Below are positions 11,165 to 22,540 of a DNA stretch of 64,000 nucleotides, piece by piece. The stretch spans positions 1 to 64,000 of the forward strand of contig LVLI01000195.1 of assembly GCA_001687465.1 (NCBI GenBank), given 5' to 3'. Below the pieces are notes generated by a model. It saw only the letters and a list, made by a program, of their open reading frames with translations, had not been told where the DNA came from and made no database searches. Within the stretch, counting starts at the first letter, position 1. Each line of letters opens with the position of its first letter. Source of the DNA: Halocafeteria seosinensis (Eukaryota). The position numbers were made by a program, and so were the translations under genes.

Positions 11165-12631
11165 ATGGCAACAGCTGATTATCAAACTTTTCGAAATTAT
11201 GGTGTCTTATTATGCTTAAATACACCTCCTGGCACCCGTATGGGCCTCGATGGCTACAGTTGGCAAGCTGGGCCCTATTTCAGGGGAATCAAGATGATCC
11301 CACCAGGGATGCATTACTTCCATTACAGGTAAGTGCTTTCTTTCTCTCTTGTTGTTTGCGTGTTGTTGTTCATGAGTTATGGTGCAATGTCTGCAGTCCG
11401 ACGCACCGAGGAGGCCAACAAGGAGAAAGTGTAGCACCATGTACAGGGTTCTTCTTTGAACTACAGAGAGGCACCATCAAAGTTCTACAGTGGGACCAAG
11501 ACACGGAAGATTTTTTGGATGAGTCGAAGTTATCCGCGGAGACTGTGGCTCAGCAACAAGAAGGTAAGGACAAAAATTGGTCGAAGCAAATGCTACCGGC
11601 GCTTTTGGCATTCCATGGCTTGGTGGTGTTCATTCGATTCCAATGCAGCCGTTCGTTCATTGGCACATGACCGCTACTTGGGACCTTATTCTCAAGAAAA
11701 TACGCAACGCTGGCTGAAATTATCTTACTTCGTCACAGGCGATGTCCTTCGCCGGCTTGAACCAGTCTCGGGGAAAATTGTGTCAGACAACAGTGGAATC
11801 GAAGAAGGATCAGATGCAAACGCTGGAGTTGAAGAAGAGACATTTGCCGAGAGATGCAAGCACACTGATCCTGAACGATTAAAATTACAGCTTGACCGTG
11901 AAACGAAAGGGTTTTTGAAGCAAGCTCGCTTCTCAGCTGGTGGAAATGGATCAGCGGGCACTTCCATATTTTTCAGCCGCATTCGAGGAGTAGGTCAAAA
12001 GAGCTCTTCTTCTGAGAAGACAGAATATGGCGTAGATACGAGCTTCGCCTTAGCGTCCATGTTAGAAGAGGAATGCAAGTGGAATTATCGACAATATTAC
12101 GGGGAGCTTCAGCTTGCGTTTATCGCGTTTCTGTTGGGAGAGTCCTTGGAGTCATTCGAACAGTGGAAGCGTTTGGTGGACATGACGTGTCGAGCCGAAA
12201 AGCTGCTTATCAATGAGTATGGGGAATCAGGGGCAGCCCCCAAGCGCCAGTTCTGGGAGTATGTGTTTGGCATTATCGAGCTACATGTTCAGGAGATGCC
12301 AGAAGATTTCTTTATGGATGAGCTTTCCAAGGAGAATTTCTTGGGAAAGAGTCTTTCTTGCCTCAAAGGAACCCTTTCGTCGTACCAAGACCAGATAGAT
12401 TCATCTACCTACTCTGCTGCTGAAAAGTTGCTCCGCTCCGTTTCGAACAGGTTCGGCGTCAATTTTATGCCGGAACCTCGAGGACACAACGCATCGGTAG
12501 AAGCTGAAGTAGTGGGAAAGGGGAATAATGTTACCAGTGAGCAATTAAAAGCCCTCTTAGGCCCAGAATGGGACGCCAGCAACGAGGATGATCTACCACC
12601 GGTAGTGGACTTGGAGGGCAGCACGTTCTGA
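11165..12631 (+). CDS. AAR2: U5 snRNP assembly factor AAR2 (3 exons)
   Basis: LLCLNTPPGTRMGLDGYSWQAGPYFRGIKMIPPGMHYFHY, DRYLGPY, GELQLAFIAFLLGESLESFEQWKRLV, PEDFFMDELSKENFL. Confidence 0.93.
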
Positions 12632-13438
12632 TCAAAGTCAGCTTTGTATTTATCATGAAATAGTGCTTTTCACTTTCTCTGAAGGTAAGATACGTAGGCT
12701 GATCACAATTAAGCGGAAGTGTTGGCACTTGCGAACTGCGTTACCGGCACCTAAGTGGTAGTATATGCAAGTTGCACTAACAAGGCAAGGGGTAAGCTTC
12801 TCGACACATGTAGATTGCGTACCACATCGTCCACTCTCTTTGCCAGGAGTGAGCCTTAGAAATCATTGATGAAGTTAGGAAACACGATCGCGACGCAGCC
12901 TGCCTGTTGATTGCTACAAGTGACGTAGGAACGAGTCATTTGCACAACTCTGGGAAATGACTTGCTATGAAGTCGGTAGTATACGTGGCCTATCCGTCAC
13001 CAAGACTGCCCCGATGAGGAATTGCTCCTATGAGGAGGCTCCGAATAATTGCGTTGGTTCTTTTCCGATACGATTCGATCCGCATGTTAGTACTTAGGAA
13101 GTCAACTATGGCCGTTGACTATTATGTGCGGTCATTCGCACAACAATGAATGTAACCTCCTAATGTCGCACTTGCATCTACATATTCGTCTTGTGTCCCT
13201 TCCATCGAATTCTCATGACACGTGGTGTGGGGTGTAAGTTGTACCCGTGATCATCACCGCGTGATGTGGTTGTTCGCTGGTTGTGAAGGACACCATTTCA
13301 GCTTCACAACATTACCCCGGGTAGGGTCTAAATTGGGTTGTTTGTCTACATTCTGACAGAATTTTTCGGAGGTGATGGTGGGCTCGGACATGGATCTACG
13401 AGCGTCGATGGAATCATGATTCAGGCCTCCAAGTGAAG

Positions 13439-15745
13439 ATGCAGGGGGAACTGGACCAGTATTTTTGCTGTGGAAGTCAAAATGAGGGGATATTGTTCAG
13501 CAACAAACGCATTCTACAAGAGTGGCATTCTCTGTATCCTGAAGAATGCTCACGGATAGACTTTACCACACCTTTGTTTCCGGGGCTGGCGAAAACAGAT
13601 CTGGATGAACAAGGCATTGAGGAACTCTTTCAAGACTACGTGCTTCCTAGAATTCCTTCTTCAAAGCACCACTGGACTCACGTATGTGAGAAGCTTCTGG
13701 AAGTGGGATGGAAAAACCCAACGAAACAGCCCCCGTCGGAACTCGTGGAAATGGCCAAGCAGAAGAAGGAGGATGCAAACAGCCGTCTATCCCGGAATGT
13801 TGATTTCGTTGGATGTGTGAATTTATATTCGGAAGCTATTGTTTTGGTCTCCTCTGCTTCACCACATGAGGAAACATGGAATACTGATGAGAAGAGGCGA
13901 TTTCTTGCTATTTGTTTGGCCAATCGTTCTGTAGCGTTGCTGCGGTTGGAAAATACTAATTTTGCATTTCAGGATGCGCTCACTTGCGTCCTGTTGGATC
14001 CCCAGTACTCGAAGGGCTGGTACCGGTTATATACGGTCCTGGAGAAGAATGTTGCTCAGTCCTGTCGAGGCACTGAGCAGCATAGAAGTATAATAAAAGG
14101 AGTCATTCGCTGGATTGAGGAGGAGGAGCCGTGTCCTCCGCCAGTGTCAGAAATTCGAACGATGCTTAGTGAGCTTTCTCTCCCATACGCTGAGCAAGAA
14201 GACAGTATTGGTACTTCTCACCGTAAGTACGAGCTGATCGAGAGTGATTTTGCCGGGAGATCGCTTCGGTCTACCGAAGCCATATGTCCAGGGGAAAGTA
14301 TACTCTCAGAAGCGACGTCTGTCCATGCCCTCTTGCCCAACTCCCAGGAGTCCGCTTGCTGTACTCCTCTAAGCCTATGTGCCACCACTCTGAACTCGCT
14401 AGCGGTTACGTTCAATGACAGAGATAGCTGTCATTATGTTTTGCCTTCGCTTGCTTTCTGTGCTCACCTGTCTGCGAACACTCTTGAGGGGTACTTTACT
14501 TCTCTGCTTGAATTTTCAGATGTTCATCTACGGGTTCCCAACAAGCGTTTTGTTGCAAGACTCTCTGTTCATCGCTCCTCTTCAACAGCGGCTTATATGA
14601 CTGTTCAACATGCGTTAGCTGGAACTATCCATCCGGAACTTGCACTTGCAATGGCTGCTTCTGTAGACGATCAACGTGCCTCCTCCGCTGGTGACGTTTC
14701 CTCCGACATTGGAACGTTAGGCGAGCTAGAAAACAACATGCATCTGATGTCAAGCTCTCAGCTGTTCGCTTACGCACTTCAGGCTATAAGTGCGAGCTAT
14801 TTGATAGCGTTGATGGTCGGACGCCAAAGCGCATTTGGTGACTGTGGACTGGAAGCGTGGAGAGTGTGGAATTACCTCTGCATCGCTGCATGCAACACTC
14901 ATGTTTTGGCTAAAACGGTGACCTGTGCTCAACAACGTGCATATACATGGGTTGGCGACCTTGTCGATGGGGAGAGGGATATTGGATCCTGGCAGAACAT
15001 AGAACGTATTGAACACTTGCGGTACGCTCTCGGACTGTTCAAGATGTCCAATATGGTAAACCATAGTAGGCAACCGAATTGTCAATTCAAGTACACCAAC
15101 CATTACGCAACACTCGTCGCCACTGGGAGTATCCCTCAACATGTGGAGCTCTTTGTTTGCTATTCCAGCGTAGGAGACGTCGATAAGTTGGACCAGGTCG
15201 AGCAACACTTTCGGATATCGGAAAACACATGTGAAGCACGTGGACATGGCACCGCTTGGTGGGAAAAGCACGCCTCTCTTATCTCAGAGTACTGGGATGA
15301 GCACAAGAAGGTCCTGAATGCTTCTTCCGCATGCTGTGTTCGGCTGAAGGCGTTGGAGAGCCAAGCCAAGAATTTGATTGGCAAAATTGAAGAGAGTATG
15401 AGAAAATCCACTGCAGAGGAGCAGATACAGGAGTATCAATACCTCGCTAAAGTATATGATAGCTTAGCGCAAGTATTTGCAGAGAAGAGTAAGTTTGATC
15501 AAGCCTGCGTACACTTGGAGTCGGCTATTGGTTCCTTGCTACGCACACAAGAAGAGACCTCACCGGAAATGGGGCACGAATGGCTGAAACTAGCACAGCT
15601 GTACTTTCGTGCTGAGTATTTCCAGCAGTGCAAAAAGGCGGCAGAAAAAGCTCATAAGGTGTTGGTTTCATCTAGTAGCAATGACGATCCGCACTTAGCA
15701 GAGATAAGGGACATAATAAGAGTAGTGGACCAAACCGGGAAATAG
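13439..15745 (+). CDS. SMYD4-like TPR + SET-domain protein (divergent)
   Basis: N-terminal TPRs (LANRSVALLRL..DPQYSKGWYR), SET motifs GRSLRSTEAICPGESILSE, MVNHSRQPN and ELFVCY, C-terminal TPR-like helices (SPEMGHEWLKLAQLYF). Confidence 0.8.
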   Translation: MQGELDQYFCCGSQNEGILFSNKRILQEWHSLYPEECSRIDFTTPLFPGLAKTDLDEQGIEELFQDYVLPRIPSSKHHWTHVCEKLLEVGWKNPTKQPPSELVEMAKQKKEDANSRLSRNVDFVGCVNLYSEAIVLVSSASPHEETWNTDEKRRFLAICLANRSVALLRLENTNFAFQDALTCVLLDPQYSKGWYRLYTVLEKNVAQSCRGTEQHRSIIKGVIRWIEEEEPCPPPVSEIRTMLSELSLPYAEQEDSIGTSHRKYELIESDFAGRSLRSTEAICPGESILSEATSVHALLPNSQESACCTPLSLCATTLNSLAVTFNDRDSCHYVLPSLAFCAHLSANTLEGYFTSLLEFSDVHLRVPNKRFVARLSVHRSSSTAAYMTVQHALAGTIHPELALAMAASVDDQRASSAGDVSSDIGTLGELENNMHLMSSSQLFAYALQAISASYLIALMVGRQSAFGDCGLEAWRVWNYLCIAACNTHVLAKTVTCAQQRAYTWVGDLVDGERDIGSWQNIERIEHLRYALGLFKMSNMVNHSRQPNCQFKYTNHYATLVATGSIPQHVELFVCYSSVGDVDKLDQVEQHFRISENTCEARGHGTAWWEKHASLISEYWDEHKKVLNASSACCVRLKALESQAKNLIGKIEESMRKSTAEEQIQEYQYLAKVYDSLAQVFAEKSKFDQACVHLESAIGSLLRTQEETSPEMGHEWLKLAQLYFRAEYFQQCKKAAEKAHKVLVSSSSNDDPHLAEIRDIIRVVDQTGK

Positions 15746-16044
15746 GTGTAATGTTTATGGGAGAACGATGACGCAATTAAACCAATAATCGTACACACCG
15801 TCAGGAGAATGGGACTTGTCCACAATCCACAAATAATTGCAAAATACCACAGGGAAAATCTCTGACGCAAACATGCACATTCCACAGAAATAGACCAACG
15901 AAAACAAGGAACGGCTGAAAAACTGCGACTGAGTACAATGATGGTAGACCCAAGACACAAAGGAGAAACAAGAAAATTCACGCATAATGCATAAAGGACA
16001 CAGGATAACAAAAAGAATGAAAATCTTTCAAAAATGCTTACCGT

Positions 16045-17636
16045 TTAATAGGGACGTGCCTCTCCTGACCTGTTTGAATTCTTCACAGAAACCTTCAGGC
16101 GCTTTCCGCCGATGACCATGCCATTCATTGCTTGGATAGCGTTTTGGGCACTGGGCACGTTATCGAAACTTACGAAACCTGTACACCGATCAATGCGGGA
16201 ACGTTAATCGGGGATATGGATTCAGCTACACACAAGTACCTACCAAAGCCTTTACTTCTTTGAGTATTCTTGTCAATGAATACTTTGGCTGACACAACGT
16301 TACCAAACGGAGCAAACGTCGAATATAGCTCTGGATCGCCAAATTCGATTGGGATATTATACACGAATAAATTTGCTCCAGAGGGGCCCTGACTCTGTTT
16401 GGTTCCGCCGCTGCCACCGCCAGCCGCAGGAGGCGCTCCCATGCCAGGTGCGGCAGGAGGCATCCCTGGCATGCCATACGCTCCCATAGCGTGAGGATCA
16501 TACCCGCCCATGGGACCACCCTGCATCGGTGGCGGCATGTATCCACCGTAGCCCATAGCTGGATTGTTCATAGGGTAGCCACCCATCATTGGGTTCATGC
16601 CCATTTGAGGATTCATACCGAAATTGCCGCCTGGTGCACCTCCCATCATCTGGCCACCCATATTTTTTTCGCGTTGTCTAGCAGCTTTTTGTTCCGGTGT
16701 GTCAGCGTAGCGAACTTGAATTGGCCCCTTTGCCCCTGGAATGGTAACAGTCTTGTCCAAATTCTCAATCGCTTTGTTGCAGGCGTCTGACTCAGAATAC
16801 TGGCAAAATCCACAACCCCGGCCCCGACCATCTGGTGTCTTCAGCACTACAAAATGGTCGATTTCTCCGTATGTTTCGAACAAGGGGCGTATATCCTCCT
16901 CAGTAGATGTGTCTGGAATGCTAGCGAAAAACAATTTGCGGTTTACGTTTTTCTTCCGTTCAGCCGGCCGTACTATCATGGGATTGCTCATTCCAGGAAG
17001 AGTCCGACGCCCATTTAAGTGCTCCTGAGCTTTGTCAGCTGCATCTTTCGTGGCGTACTGCACAAACGCACATCCTGCAGAATCGAACACAACCGAGGTA
17101 GGCGAAAGAGACAAAACCATTTTCGTAGTACGACATGTCTTACCCCTAGAATCTCCTGTAGCTTTGTGCCTCAAAACGTCAAAACTAGTCACAGTGCCAA
17201 ACTCCTCGAATATGGATCTCAACTGCGTTCACCAGTCGTTGATCCCCTTCTGGCTCCCCACAGACACACAACTCGAGGGACGTGGACGTACCTCATGCTC
17301 ACTCATGCTCCTCGGGAGCTGTCCTGCGAATAACTTTGGCACTTCTTCAGCATATCCCGAGCTATCCTGCTCTTGGTGTTGGTCTGTAGAATACGAGGAA
17401 GTCTCCGGCTGTCTGTACTTTTCGTTCGTTTCTCCGTACGAATCTGGACCCGTAGCACCGTTGTTACCATTACCACTGCTGTACACTGGGCTAGACTCTT
17501 GGGTACTACCCGACATACTAGAGGCACTTGTATGGTCTTTCGTCTGGCCTGGTGTATCATGCGACGAGGCTCCGGCCTCCTCCACGGTGGCTGATTCAAT
17601 TACGCCCTCATTGTCTTGCTCAGACGACGCTGACAT
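16045..17636 (-). CDS. CELF/Bruno-like RNA-binding protein (3 RRMs)
   Basis: [76 protein letters not shown]-terminus [12 protein letters not shown]. Confidence 0.92.
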
Positions 17637-17931
17637 TTTCCTGATTGATTTATGCGAGGCTATAGTACTGAAATTACGTCATACACAGGGACAATACACG
17701 GTCGAAAGAGGGCAATGAATGACGAGGTGAAACGTGCAATCTTTTCGTCTACTTGAGTTTCGCCCATTCGAATGGCAGCATTTTGTACACCGTATATGAT
17801 TGTATGTGTTGAACCAGCACTCGAATAGGAAAAGTTGTATCTCCCTCATCCAAATTGAGATCCGTGTAAAGCGCAATATCTTGTAGATAGACGTATTTAC
17901 GTAAATTCTATCCAGAAGAGAACAGGCAACA

Positions 17932-19702
17932 ATGGCTTCCTCCAAGATTAAAGTGGACAATAAGGTCACCGAGATCGATGGTGATGAGATGACTAGGGTA
18001 CGTCACGTTCTTCTTCCTAGGGCTACAGTTCTGGCCCTATTGCACGCAGTACCGATAGAGTGAAAGGAAGATTGACCACAGCGATCTTGACTCAGCCTGG
18101 AGGGACGTTAGCTTCCCTTCGGGCTCCCCTGTGTAGAAACTACAAAAACTATGTTCTGAGCTGGGGTAGTTAGTTCCTTAGCAGATTCTAAGCTCTAGTG
18201 GCCATATTAAGTGGACATGATTTCTGGAATGCAGATAATCTGGTCTCTGATCAAGGAAAAGTTGATCTTTCCGTTTGTGGACATTGAAACTGAGTATCGT
18301 ACGTATCGTCATTGAATGTGAAGCTATGGCTTCACAATGAACCGCATGTTGGACTGGAATTGGCTATTGCAGATGATTTGTCCATCGAGAATCGTGAGAA
18401 GACCAAAGATCAAGTAACTTTGGATGCTGCCAAGTCGATCAAACGTACCAACGTCGGTATCAAATGTGCCACGATCACCCCCGATGAAGCTCGCGTGGAG
18501 GAGTTCGGGTTGTCTAAGATGTGGAGAAGTCCCAATGGTAGGTGAGTTGGTGCCTCCTTGTGTCCTACAGATACAATTTCAATCGCTTAGGCACTATTGT
18601 TAATTTGCAGGAACTATTCGTAATGAGCTCGGTGGCACTGTCTTCCGTGAGCCTATCATGGTTAAGAACGTACCCCGCTTGGTACCCGGGTGGAAGGAAC
18701 CTATGATCATCGGGCGTCATGCTCACGGTGATCAGTACAAGGCTACCGATGCCGTGTTCGAGAAAGAAGGAAAGCTTGAGCTCACATTCACTCCTGCCGA
18801 CGGAAGTGAGAAGCGGCAGATGCAAGTTTTCGAGTTCAAGAATGGCGGAGGAGTTGGTATGGCAATGTACAATACCGACGAGAGTATTCGTGGGTTTGCT
18901 CACAGCTGCTTCCAGTTTGCACTTCAGCGGTACGCTTCAGAGCCTATAAAATGACGTTCTTTAAGTACGCATTTCATGACGTTTCACGTCTCTTCATGCA
19001 GAAAAATGCCGCTGTATATGAGCACTAAGAACACTATCCTGAAAGCATACGATGGCCGCTTTAAAGACATTTTTGCAGAGATATATGAAAAGGACTACAA
19101 GTAAGCTTCAGTAAAAGGATTTCAGAGTCAGCTTGCTTGTAGACCATTTGGTGTTTACTCGCTGCTGCAGGGAGTCCTTCGAGAAAGCTAGTATTTGGTA
19201 CGAGCATCGCTTGATCGATGACATGGTAGCGTACGCCTTGAAGAGCCCTGGTGGTTTCGTGTGGGCTTGCAAGAATTACGACGGAGATGTACAATCCGAT
19301 ACTCTCGCTCAAGGATTTGGTTCTCTTGGGTTAATGACTTCCGTGCTCATGTGTCCCGACGGAAAGACATTGGAAGCAGAAGCGGCACACGGAACGGTGA
19401 CCAGACATTATCGAGTGCACCAGAAGGGTGGCGAGACTTCAACGAATCCCATTGCGAGCATCTTTGCCTGGACACGCGGATTACATCAACGCGGGAAGCT
19501 TGATGGTAATGACAAGCTGCAAACATTTGCAAATACTCTGGAGAAAGTAGTAGTCGATTGTGTTGAAAGCGGTTACATGACAAAAGATTTGGCATTAGCC
19601 ATCCATGGATCGAACATGAAGAGGGAGCATTACCTAAATACGTTTGAGTTTCTTGATAAGCTCGCTGAGAACTTAAGCAATTACTTGGCTCAGCGCCTTT
19701 GA
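17932..19702 (+). CDS. IDH1: NADP-dependent isocitrate dehydrogenase (6 exons)
   Basis: [90 protein letters not shown]. Confidence 0.97.
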
Positions 19703-19835
19703 CTAGATCCACGACTATAAACTGAATAGATGACGTGGTCCAGCAAGGTGACCTAACCAGAGCTCACTTTTTCGTGTATATCTAGGTTCTACGTGTGGCC
19801 AGACATTTTGTCTGAAACAAAACAAAGCAAATCCA

Positions 19836-20977
19836 TCAAATATGTACTGGTAACGTATGGTCAAGACAGAGGTTTACAAGGTCGCGAATTGCCCGTATCT
19901 GCGAAACGAAACCGTTGGCTTCCTCTTCATCAATAGTATGGTGCGTGTCCCTCCACTACATACCTGCTGATCGAACGATATTGTTGAGAAGAATGGAACG
20001 TGGACGAACAAACTTATGTGTTCCTGAGGAATCCCTTTCTCTTTGTTGCGCTCATTTTGTTCCTCGGCGTATCGCAAGCTACTATAATATGTTCCGTTAC
20101 ACTGCAGCTCCAGTAGCCTCAAAGAGGCTCAAACATACTCGACAGGGAGAGATTACTTTCCAAATGAGCCATACTTACCAGAAAGCGACCCGCGTCAGCT
20201 GACAAGTTGATTGGGTGTCCTGAATGTTGTAGTTGAAGGACAACACTTGGCAAGTCAATCGGGGTAGAAAGTACCCTCTGGTAATGGTCTCTAGGGTCAA
20301 TTGGTTGTTCCCGTATCTGTGATCCTGCTTCGTCAGGTATTGCAAAATTGTTTTCGTTCACGGCGTTCAACTCCACCTGCATCGTATGCGTGCCATCTAC
20401 GAGTCCTAGATGTATCCAAAAAAATCTGCATAGGGATATCACCAATATGCATAATAGTAAATACAAACGTCTGTTATTCGAGACGCGCATAGGATACTGC
20501 TTAGGACACGTACCTAGCATTTCCTGGGATATTTCTAACTTTTTCTCTGATATTATTAAGTACTTTAGAAACAGCTTCCGTGTGAACTTTCATCACTTCA
20601 GTGTGTACGAGCTGAGATGGATCAAGGATTCCCTCTTGCACCAGTACCTTAGGAAGATACGAAACCAACGTTTTCGTAGGATTTGAGTTGCAGGAACCAA
20701 ACTTGTCGAAACCCGTAAATATGAAATATGCCCGCTTTTGATGACCTCTATCATGATGTTGATGATGAGCGTATAAGCCTTCCATGGTTCCAGCGGAGGG
20801 CACAGCACCGTACTCAATGGGCCCAGACATCACACCCGCGGCTTGAGGCGACCTCATCAGAGGCTGCGTTGGTAACGGAGGTCCTTGTTGCATGAATGGA
20901 ACCGCTGGAAAGTGTGGATGAGGTTGCTGAAATCCTGCCCCACCTGCATCACCTTCACCTTGGCCACTATAGGCCAT
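19836..20977 (-). CDS. PGPEP1: Pyroglutamyl-peptidase I (peptidase C15) with a Pro/Gln-rich N-terminal extension
   Basis: FTGFDKFG..NPT, IHLG, ELNAVN..PDEAG, SADAGRFL|CN (catalytic Cys), SLFVHVP (catalytic His). Confidence 0.88.
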
Positions 20978-21331
20978 CCTTTCTTTCTCTGAACAGCGTG
21001 AGACGTTCTACACTTTACAACAGAACGGCGGACCAATGTGTGTTCTTCCGAGGAAAAACAATACCCCCACCGGGAAACCACACACTTTCCCCAGAAATAT
21101 CCTACAAAGACAATCGGCGACTCTACCTAGTGTGTGCCTCTCCACACAAAAGACAGAGTGTGCCTAGTACCGACAATTCAATGCTATTACCATACCATCC
21201 AGTACGACGAGCGTCTCGCGCATCTTCAACTTCAACCACATTATCTTTGCAAGCTGCATTACAGGTCTGTGCTAGCTGCGGGAAGGTGTTCGGATAGTAG
21301 AAAGCGTGTTGAACAGCGGTGATGAAAGAAA

Positions 21332-22249
21332 ATGTCGGGAATCACGTCCTGGATACCACTTATTGCGTACTTTGGTGCATTGGGCTGGGCCCTCGTTCGT
21401 ACTTCAACTAAAACAGGGCTCCGTGGCTGTCTACAAGGCTTTCTGGCTCTTGCCGTGACATGGACCTTCATTTTTCGCTTCTTCATTTACGGGCCAGAAG
21501 TGGAGAACCCGCTAGCTTCGCAGAACTTGTTCATTCGAGCGTATGAAGATGTTTCCAACACTCCGGAAGGTTGGTTCTGGTCCTCGATACTGCTTATGGA
21601 AGTGGTTCCACTGATTGCAGTGGTTGGGTCGTTTTCAGAGGCTCTGCGAAAGAATCGATTAGATGTGCTTGCGCTGGTTGTAGTAGGATTCATGGGTGCA
21701 ATCTCTGCGATGATGATGTTCCTGCTCGATCATGAGCTGTACCAAAGACCAACCAAACCAAACAGGAAGCAGCACGTCAGCTGGGTTACCCTACTGTGTT
21801 CGGTAGCAGCCTTCTTCAGTGCTATTGCATTGCCGTTCACGGTGTTCCAGAATGGATCTATGTTTATTGTTGCGCTGTCGGCCCTTCATATCGTCCTTGT
21901 AATCCCAGTGTTGTTAAATGACGCGGGACCAAGAACTCCGATATCAGCTCAAGGATTTCTGAACGGATGCGCGGTGCTCTGTTGCCTTGTGTATTGGTTT
22001 AACCTTAGTTGGATTTTCTACCATGGGGGCACTTGGTGGACCACTTTGATGGCGCCGTTTCGAAATAACTGCCAGGTTTCAATATCTACGGATGCACTGG
22101 TAACCGCAGTTGCGATCTTGTGGTGGTCTTGGCGACAACAGAAAAGCGTCAAACAGGCCGAGAACATATCAGTAGTGTGGAAGTCAGTAGTTTTTTCTCC
22201 GGGAGCACTGTTTTCGTATATGCAAGCAAGCTTCCCGCCTCCTCCGTGA
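21332..22249 (+). CDS. Multi-pass membrane protein of unknown function
   Basis: Intronless 305-aa ORF with about 8 hydrophobic segments. Confidence 0.75.
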   Translation: MSGITSWIPLIAYFGALGWALVRTSTKTGLRGCLQGFLALAVTWTFIFRFFIYGPEVENPLASQNLFIRAYEDVSNTPEGWFWSSILLMEVVPLIAVVGSFSEALRKNRLDVLALVVVGFMGAISAMMMFLLDHELYQRPTKPNRKQHVSWVTLLCSVAAFFSAIALPFTVFQNGSMFIVALSALHIVLVIPVLLNDAGPRTPISAQGFLNGCAVLCCLVYWFNLSWIFYHGGTWWTTLMAPFRNNCQVSISTDALVTAVAILWWSWRQQKSVKQAENISVVWKSVVFSPGALFSYMQASFPPPP

Positions 22250-22540
22250 CTGAAATCCTGATTCTCCAATCTAAGATTGGTTGGAATACAAATCTATCTT
22301 CGTCAGTGACTCACTTCACAAAAGCGCGGCCGTTTACGCGCGCTGGAATTGCGCGCCTACACACAATACTGCGTGTGTTTTTCCAGGCAACATTTTCGTG
22401 TAGGCCCAAGTATTTGTCCTACAACAACAACATATTTCACCACAATACAGCGGGAGATAGCTCTTACAGCAATAGTATCGCTTCTGGAGGATTGGAGCAG
22501 TGATTGGTAGAGATCGTGAAGACTGGATCATCCATACACT

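Noticed and set aside
13358..13370. Sm-site-like AATTTTTCGG
   Set aside because: No recognisable U1/U2/U4/U5 sequence around it.
13320..13435. RNase P RNA (minus-strand AACCCAATTTAGACC resembles CR-V)
   Set aside because: The only CR-I-like partner is about 100 nt away and imperfect, which is too short for a eukaryotic RNase P RNA.
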